This document shows, piece after piece, positions 55,527 through 64,000 of a DNA stretch of 64,000 nt. Under the pieces are notes generated by a model. It was not told where the DNA came from. It worked only from the letters and a program-made list of their open reading frames with translations, and searched no databases. The stretch's first letter is position 1. Each line of letters begins with the position of its first letter. The stretch covers positions 218,258-282,257 of the forward strand of contig NIVC01000974.1 of assembly GCA_002269645.1 (NCBI GenBank). Reading direction: 5' to 3'. The DNA comes from Macrostomum lignano (lineage: Eukaryota). A program made the translations under genes and the position numbers.

Positions 55527-57456
55527 TCAAATGTGATTTAGCGGCTGCAAGTTCAATCTGAACGCGTGCACCTGCGACTTCACCTTCTCCCGGCGCTCCA
55601 ACAGGTAGATGATCTGCATCTCAGGGCTGTACACTGAGCAGTAGGGACTGAAGCTCAGGCCGAGGCGAAGGGCCAGGCAGAACCGAGGCACCTTCTGGCC
55701 GTGCTGCAACCGTCTTCTGTACCCGCAGAAGCAGTACACGTCCAGACTCTTCTCCATCTCCTTGCTCAGCAGCACCGTCTTGTGCGTGTCCTCGGCCTGG
55801 ATTGTGACCTCGCCAATCATAGGAATATCCTCGGCAAAGGAAGTTAACCTGAAGCCGGTCTCCAGGTGGAACACAATCACTCGGCCATCATTCTGCACAG
55901 CAACCAGGAAGGTGCTCATGAGCACGCTGGCGCTCAGCGGTCTGTGCAGGAAGCCCCGGCCAATCAGCAGACTGGATTCCTCCGACATCGGCTTGCTCAT
56001 GTCGAACTGTATGATGACGTCATTTCTAGGACGGGTTTTTTAATATTGGGCGTCAGGTATATCAGCAGTTTGCATTAACAGATTGAAGAACAGACTAAAC
56101 AGTCGCCACACTTGTAAGGTAAAAATTATATTGTTCTCTTTGCCACTTTTTCAGCGATTAAAAATTATTGTTCATTGTAACAAAATCATAGGCGCGTCGT
56201 CACCGGGGGACAGGGGGATGCATGCTTTGTCTCCCATCCCACCTTGTGACCCGTTGTGGTAATCAATAATTTTTCTTCAGTGCGCCAAAATGAATGCCTG
56301 CGGCGCCAAAATGAGTGCCTGCGGCGCCAAAATGAGTGCCTGTGGCGCCAAAATGAGTGCCTGCGGCGCCAAAAGGAATGCCTGTGGCGCTAAAATGAGT
56401 GCCTGCGGCGCCAAAATGAGTGCCTGCGGCGCCAAAATGAGTGCCTGTGGCGCTAAAATGAGTGCCTGCGGCGCCAAAATGAGTGCCTGCGGCGCCAAAA
56501 TGAGTGCCTGCGGCGCTAAAATGAGTGCCTGCGGCGCCAAAATGAGTGCCTGCGGCGCCAAAATGAGTGCCTGCGGCGCCAAAATGAGTGCCTGTGGCGC
56601 CAAAAGGAATGCCTGTGGCGCTAAAATGAGTGCCTGCGGCGCCAAAATGAGTGCCTGCGGCGCCAAAAGGAATGCCTGTGGCGCTAAAATGAGTGCCTGC
56701 GGCGCCAAAATGAGTGCCTGCGGCGCCAAAATGAGTGCCTGCGGCGCCAAAATGAGTGCCTGCGGCGCTAAAATGAGTGCCTGCGGTGCCAAAATGAGTG
56801 CCTGCGGCGCCAAAAGGAATGCCTGTGGCGCTAAAATGAGTGTCTGCGGCGCCAAAATGAGTGCCTGCGGCGCCAAAATGAGTGCCTGCGGCGCCAAAAT
56901 GAGTGCCTGCGGCGCCAAAATGAGTGCCTGCGGCGCCAAAATGAGGGCCCGCGGCCCCAAAAGGGATGCCTGCGGCGCCAAAAAAAGGTTTTTATCCTTG
57001 AAATTCAACGCCAGTGTACGTCGTACATAAAAGTTGTGCATGCACATATACTCACCGTCGGTCGGTCACAAATATATAGTTGCCGGTCAGCACCAAGCTG
57101 GTGAGGTACCTGTGCCAGATTTCGTACTGATCAAGCACCTGGCCACGACGATTCGCCTTAACCAGCTTGCCGTAAGGATTCGTGAGAAACACGACGAACT
57201 CGTCGTTAACTGCCAGCGACGTGGCCGTGAGAAGCCAGGCCTGCACGCTGCGGTCCACCTTGAAGTTGTCGGCTCGGATCGCGAAGTTGCTGACAAATCC
57301 GTGATGCGGGTGCAACGCAAGCAGCCGATTCTTGGACCTGTCCAGTTCCAGCATCTCGACCGGCTCGGTGATGAATGATTCATGGAATTGAAGGTAAAGC
57401 GACTCGTCAGTGCTATCTCTGGATTGTGCGCTTGCCGAAACCACTGCATCGGTCAT
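55527..57456 (-). CDS. NHL-like beta-propeller protein, ~299 aa: exons 57456-57056 and 56025-55527 (further 5' exons possible)
   Basis: Donor CG|GTGAGT and acceptor CCTAG join in frame to give YIFVTDRRNDVIIQFD (NHL-like xIYVADxxNxRIQxFD); repeated beta-strand blade pattern. Confidence 0.65.
56283..56985. repeat. 21-bp minisatellite (gcgccaaaatgagtgcctgcg) in the intron of the propeller gene
   Basis: Tandem periodicity; MSACGAK pseudo-ORF. Confidence 0.95.
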
Positions 57457-57732
57457 TATTTGGACAATACTCACTTCTCTTTGGTATAGCTGATTAGTAA
57501 AGTGCAATTTACTTTGATTAAGGTTTTATAAGTTCCTTAATATTTAGCCCGAGGTTTGCAAAAGCATTGCCCCTAGATCGGTTAGTCTATGTGCTGCGGC
57601 TTTCACGCAGTGCGATGGAACGTTGAAGACTTGCAGCATTACAAACTATATGATATATACTTATAGACGTCCAATGCATATCCGGAATGTAACAAACCGC
57701 TATGCTGTATATAAACTAACCTGCTAATCTCT

Positions 57733-58900
57733 GTCAGCTGGCAACAACACCCTCTGATCTCTCTAGCTAGCAACAAACACCCTCTGATCTCTCTAGCTAG
57801 CAACAACACCCTCTGATCTTCCTAGCTGGCAACAACACCATCTGATCTCTCTAGCTGGCAACAAACACCCTCTGATCTTCCTAGCTGGCAACAACATCCT
57901 CTGATCTTCCTAGCTGGCAACAACACCCTCTGATCTCTCTAGCTGGCAACAACACCCTCTGATCTCTCTAGCTGGCAACAACACCCTCTGATCTCTCTAG
58001 CTGGCAACAAACACCCTCTGATCTCTCTAGCTGGTAACAAACACCCTCTGATCTCTGATCTCTCTAGCTGGCAACAAACACCCTCTGATCTTCCTAGCTG
58101 GCAACAACACCCTCTGATCTCTCTAGCTGGCAACAAACACCCTCTGATCTCTCTAGCTGGCAACAAACACCCTCTGATCTCTCTAGCTGGCAACAAACAC
58201 CCTCTGATCTCTCTAGCTGGCAACAAACACCTGATCTCTCTAGCTGGTAACAAACACCCTCTGATCTCTGATCTCTCTAGCTGGCAACAACACCCTCTGA
58301 TCTCTCTAGCTGGCAACAAACACCCTCTGATCTCTCTAGCTGGCAACAAACACCCTCTGATCTCTCTAGCTGGCAACAAACACCTGATCTCTCTAGCTGG
58401 TAACAAACACCCTCTGATCTCTGATCTCTCTAGCTGGCAACAACACCCTCTGATCTCTCTAGCTGGTAACAAACACCCTCTGATCTCTGATCTCTCTAGC
58501 TGGCAACAACACCCTCTGATCTCTCTAGCTGGTAACAAACACCCTCTGATCTCTGATCTCTCTAGCTGGCAACAACACCCTCTGATCTCTCTAGCTGGCA
58601 ACGAACACCCTCTGATCTCTCTAGCTGGCAACGAACACCCTCTGATCTCTCTAGCTGGCAACAACACCCTCTGATCTCTCTAGCTGGCAACAACACCCTC
58701 TGATCTCTCTAGCTGGCAACAACACCCTCTGATCTCTCTAGCTGGCAACAACACCCTCTGATCTCTCTAGCTGGCAACAACACCCTCTGATCTCTCTAGC
58801 TGGCAACAACACCCTCTGATCTCTCTAGCTGGCAACAACACCCTCTGATCTCTCTAGCTGGCAACGAACACCCTCTGATCTCTCTAGCTGGCAACACACT
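57733..58900. repeat. 29-30-bp minisatellite (ctctctagctggcaacaacaccctctgat)
   Basis: Tandem periodicity visible directly. Confidence 0.95.
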
Positions 58901-59584
58901 CCACTGTACCTGGCTGGTTAAGATTCGTCTATCTAGCCTAACAAAATTATGATGTAATATGGAAGCAAACGCTGTCATTTAAGGTTATTACAGACATACG
59001 GACGTACCGCGGCATTCAAAACACTTTGTAGGCAGCATTAGAAACATTAGTCTCTTTTTGTATAGTCTAAATTTTCAGAGCGGATTAGTCTCAACTTACA
59101 GCATGATGCCGCTCGGTTTTACGTAATAAATATTATATTTTGATGCATAATTTAAGTAAAAATCAAAACTGGAGGATCAGATCACGACAGAACAGGTGAG
59201 AGTAAAAAATTAGACAGAGCAAAAATCTTCAACTTTGCTTTTCTGTTCGATTAAAGAGCGAGCAAACAAAGGCATTAGTATAGCTTTGTTCAACAGCAGG
59301 TTCAACGGCATGAAAGTAGCATTTGTGACGGGAAATGGCGATTTTTGAAGGATTTTCATCGGTCTTGCTTAGGACTTACGAGCCTCAATGACATCTCCAT
59401 GGCCACTAGTTTTATGCTTGTATTCACTTGGTTCTGCAAACATCATTCTGTTTTTGTCTCACTGTCTGCTTGTGGGGAAAGTTGCGCATTAAAGCCAACA
59501 AAATATCAACACCTTTTCGTTAAATAAAGTGATACAAAACCGCGTTCCGCTCTGTTTACACATCGCATCGTAGCGCGCATGAGT

Positions 59585-62500
59585 TTAAATCTCGATAGGC
59601 TTCGGCCGCGGCTTCCTGATGTGCCGCATGTTGGAGCCCGGCTCAGTCGGCTTGAACGGCGCGTGACCGCCGTAGGGCCTTGGGATTGGCAGCTCCACCT
59701 CGTCGTTGGGGATGTAGGCGTTGGGCCGCGGCTCGGCCGTCGTGACGCCGCCATGGCCGAGCACGAACTGCTCCTGCTGGGCCGCCTGCGCCTGCGCCTC
59801 CTGCCGCTCCGTCCGCCGTCTGTCATCCACCATGCGCGACTTCAGCCACTCGGCCTCGATGTCTTCGGAGGGCGGCTCGCCGCGTTCCATTCGCTGATAG
59901 CAGGACTGCAGGTACTGCTGCTTGTCGCGCACCTGCTGCTGCAGTTGCATAGCTGTGCTCATTAGCATCGTTAGCTCAGCGGTGCCGGCCTTCATGCGCT
60001 TAGTGACCGTGCCCATGCGGAACTTGTAGCCATTGACCTCCTTGGCTAGAGCCAGGGTGTCGTGCTGGCCAGCCTTGCTGCGCCGTTCCAGCTGCTCAGC
60101 CAGCCGGCTGACCGCCTCCAGCAGCAGCTGTCGCTCCAGCAGTTGTTCCTCCTTGGCGGCCAGCCGGATCTCCATGTCCTCACACTTGTTGTGCAGTTCG
60201 ATGGGGCCCGGGTCGGCGCCCTCCAGGTAGCGCAGTCGGCCAGCGTGGGTCGGATCCTCCGTGCGCGACTCCATCTGCAGCAGACGATCCTGACAGATGC
60301 TCAGCTGGATTTGCAGCACAGTCAGCTCGTCCTCGACTTGGCGCTTCTTCGGCACCTTCTTCTTGGCCAGCTGAACCTGGCGCTCCTCTTCTTTCAGCTG
60401 GAGGCGCAGGAAGTCGAGCTCCTCCTCGCGCTGGCGCAGCTCCAATTCGCCGCGCTGGATGACAGCCTCCTGGACGCGGACCTTCTCTTGCAGCACGTAG
60501 ACTTCTTCGTTGCGCTCGATCAGCTGAACGGCGCGGTCGTTCAGCAGCTGGACGGCGCGATCCGATTGCTTTCGCAGCTGAACCATAGCCTCCTCGGAAG
60601 CGTTCACCAGCCCGTTGAGCTGGTTGATGTCCAGCTTGAGCTGCTCGCGCACCTCGTTCTGCTCGTCGTCGCTATGGCGCTGCTTACTTACCTAGGGATG
60701 TAAGGACACCGGGTGAAGCAGTTTTGTATGGCTTGCAACGGTTAAGCATCACTGTTACGCATACACCTCATCATATTATACTCTACATATACATGTAGAC
60801 TGTCTTGAATAGCAAATAAATTCCCCCCTTCCAGTCTAAAACGTACATCATTTCGCAGCTGGTCTCGCATCACTATCGAGTTGGCGTGCCGCAGACGCAG
60901 CTTCTGCAAATGCTTCTCCCGCGTGCCGATGTTCGTTCGCAGAATTTCAACCTCGTTCTCCAGGATGCGAATCTTCTCGCGCATCTCCGCCGCCTTCTGA
61001 GCGGCTACTTGGACGAGGCTGACGCACTTGTTGCGCTCGTTTTTGATGACGTCGTACAGCTTAGCGAAGTCCTTTAGCTTCACTTCCAGCTCGCGGTGCT
61101 TCTTCTGGTGGTCCTGAATTTGCAGCTGTCGGCTCTTTAGGTCTTCGATCACCGCTTGTGTCGCATCTCGGCTTTCATGAAGTCCCTCGCCTTCTGCTCC
61201 CGTTCGTCGGCTTTGATCGCGGCCAGGCGGGTAAGCTCAATCACCTCGATGCGCAGGTCCTGCAGCTTGTACTGAAGCCGCTCCTCGTCCTCGATGCTCT
61301 GCGTCACCTTCACCTGCTCCGCCGATGTTAGCGTCGTCTCCTGGGCAACGTTTCGCCTGAAATCTTCGACTTCCTTGTCCAAGACCGTCTTCCGCTTCAC
61401 CATGGAGCCATCATCGCGGGGCACGCTATCATAGTTCTGCTTGGTCTTCTCGTGCACTTGAGTGACCAGGGCAAGCGCGTCTTCGCTGGCCTTCTGCTGC
61501 AGCTGCGCTTTCTTTAGCGACTTGAGTTCCCGTTCCTTCTCGCGCGCTTTCCGGCTGTGCGTCTCCATCAGGTTGCGGCGCTCCAGATTCAAGTGGCGCA
61601 GGTTCATGTCGATGGTGGCCCTGTCTGTCACTACGGTCATCTCTTTCTGACGCAGCTCCTCCAGGTCGCCGTTGATTTTGTCTAGCGTTTCCTGGCTCTT
61701 TGTGTTGCTGGCAACCTGCTGGGTGGCGTCGTGCTTCACGGTCTCCAGGTCTTTGGCCAGCCGTCGGAGGCCTCCTCCAAGCTCTCCAGTTGCTTCTGCA
61801 TGCCGTCGATCTCATTTTGACGCTCTCTAGTTTCCTTTTCGATGTCAGTTTTCTGCTTTCGTACTCGCTCTGTCTCCTTGTTTAGCTGATTGGGCAAGCC
61901 GCTAACTTTGATTAGGTCGGACTTTTTCTGGTCCAAGTATTCCTTAACCTTTTCCAGCTCCTCGCGTAGCTCGGCGGTCTGCTGCTCCAGCTCGCGCTTA
62001 GCCTCAGTTGTTTTCTTCTGCTCTCGAATCCGCTTGCTGATATCGTCTTGCAGCTCCACCGTGTCCTGCTCAAGCTGCTTGCGCCGCTTCTCAATGTCGT
62101 CAGCTTTGGAATTCTGTCATACTCGCGTTTGAGAATGTCCCGCTCCTCCTTGAGACACTGGATCTTGTACTCGAAGTCGTAGACCCTCTCTTCGGTCAGC
62201 AGCAGCTCATTGTTGTACTTAAGCAGAGTTTCGCGAAATTTCTCTGCCTCAGAAGAGACATTGTCCGGGAAATTGTCCTGCTTGCCCAGTTCAGCCCGTT
62301 GGTGCTCCAGCTCCAGGGTGTGCTGTTTGGCTTGCTGAAGCAGCTGAAACTCTGAGTCGCGCGATCGCTTCAAGAACTCGAACAGCTGCATGTACTTCGC
62401 CTTGAAGATGGCCACCTCAGTGCCAGTCAGTTTTCCCTGATTGAACATGTCGTCAAGGTTCTTGAATGCCGGGCTGTTGCTCACTGTCAGCTGGCCCTCA

Positions 62501-62721
62501 GACTCCAGCGTTGCCTTCGTTGGCGGCAGCGCGTACACTGGGGCCTCGTAGTCGTCGTCGACGTCCGGTAGGTCACCGCTGTCGGCCGGACTAGTCGGCT
62601 CCAGGCCGAAAGCGTCCTCGTCGTCCGCATCTTCGTCCTGCTGCAGATCTGCAGGCAGCTCCTCCTCTTCCTCGTCTGGGCCTCGCCTTGCGGGGTCGTC
62701 TTCGTCACCAAGCGATGCCAT
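59585..62721 (-). CDS. CCDC146: Coiled-coil domain-containing protein 146 (~994 aa once corrected): exons 62721-60847 (apparent -1 frameshifts near 62106, 61771 and 61153) and 60691-59585
   Basis: The C-terminus GVTTAEPRPNAYIP...LPIPRPYGGHAPFKPTEPGSNMRHIRKPRPKPIEI is diagnostic. The GAT|GTACGT...CCCTAG intron keeps the spacing of the human protein. Confidence 0.88.
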
Positions 62722-63600
62722 ATCGCCGTGACAGATGCAGTGTTACTCCTCGGCTAGCGTTTGTCGGCTAGAGAGCTTCGCTAAAAGAATTTAGGCTTTT
62801 AAAAATACAAATCCTTCTTAGAAAGAAGCTTTGGAAGTTTTTTTACCTCAAGCCAGGTTTTCTAGCTATTTTCTTCTTTTGCTTGCAATGAAATATTGTG
62901 CATTCAAATTCGCGCCCTAGCAACCGGCCTTAGCGACGGCGGCTTTCAGCGCGCATTTTCTTCTGGGTGAGCGGGCACGGGGCGGAGTGCTTGTCTAAAG
63001 TGTACACCTGAGCGCAGAGTGTACGGACTGTGGGTCTGGAGTATGAAAAGTGAACAAATACGCTCATTCCCCCAGGTGAATTGGGTGAATGCTGGCAGAT
63101 TCTGTCTCTCTCCACTCCCCCCTCTCTTCACTCTCTTACCAGATGCATGTTCTCTCAGCCTTTAGTGTCAAGTGTAACACTGGCCCGCCCCTGCCGCTGG
63201 GCCCAACCCGTCCCCTATGAGAGCAACTCTGAACGATCATAAAAATTGCAGATAGTAAAGCAAGACAAAATATACGATGCGCGAGCTAAATTGCCTACTG
63301 TTTATTGAATTCTTAGTAGCAATTGTGGAGTTTCTTAATGTACATGCCACTTTTACCTGACACTTTTACCATGAAAGAAACCAAGAAAAGATGTGAAAAG
63401 CCGTCCACTGCATGGCAGAGAAAAAAATGAATTCTAAGTCTAAAACTTACATCATTTCGCAGCTGCTTCTTGAACGCCCCCCCCCTAAGCGGGCCGGATT
63501 ACTGTTGTGAAGTTTCAAAGTACCGGAGGGCCAGATAGAGAGGCTCTTCGAGCCGCCCTTGGATTAGGCGAAAGCAGGAATAGGCATCTGGATCTGATTC

Positions 63601-63946
63601 ATGCTAGCCGAGCATGTACTTCACTTCGACTTGTCGACTTGTCGAACTGCTCTACACACGCGTATTCAAAACTTGTTCATTGAAGCTTTCAGTAAGCCTG
63701 GAGCGCAGATGGTCCTCTAACCATGTAGATCTATGTGTGTACCAACCATAATAGGCTACAGTCAGTAGAAGAACCTTATTGATTATGAAATTAAAGCTCG
63801 ACAAAAGTTTCCAGTTTAGGTAGCCGACCATCGGCACCCATGACACACGGTAAAGTCATGTATCGTCACATCGAGTGGAAGTCGGTGATGAAAAGTGATC
63901 GAAAAGCTCTTCAGCTCTATAAGGCTGATTATGATTCTGCAATTCT
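63601..63946 (+). CDS. Possible first two exons (63601-63691, 63820-63946) of an unknown gene divergent from CCDC146
   Basis: ATG, donor A|GTAAGC, acceptor TTTAG and donor GTAGGT give an open frame MLAEHVLHFD...YKADYDSAIL; no homology recognised. Confidence 0.3.
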
Positions 63947-64000
63947 GTAGGTCTCTTTATAACTTGATGACCACTACGAATAATTGACAGTCAAACCTAT

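Overview
Animal genomic DNA. GC-rich exons, minisatellite-filled introns and the gene set suggest a free-living flatworm such as Macrostomum; this is an inference, not a database result. Recognisable genes: an Rdx-fold SelW/MIEN1-like gene without its redox motif (-), a Snail-family zinc finger (-), CFAP96/C4orf47 (-), a PHD + F-box + LRR gene split by one in-frame TAA (+), TMEM179B-like (-, 3 exons, with exons 2-3 repeated in a ~5.5-kb tandem duplication), a VAMP8-like R-SNARE (+), an NHL-like beta-propeller (-) and CCDC146 (-, three 1-bp homopolymer frameshifts). There is also a 4-exon orphan gene, two non-LTR retrotransposon relics, several MITE/foldback elements and more than 20 unrelated tandem arrays, which explain most of the long ORFs in the ORF track. 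I found no rRNA, tRNA or CRISPR. The most notable patterns are: (i) all 7 modelled introns that contain a satellite are phase 2; (ii) a KDM2/FBXL19-like PHD-F-box-LRR frame bridged by a single stop; (iii) a hairpin element with two X-box-like sites and a CLEAR-type E-box upstream of the VAMP8-like gene.
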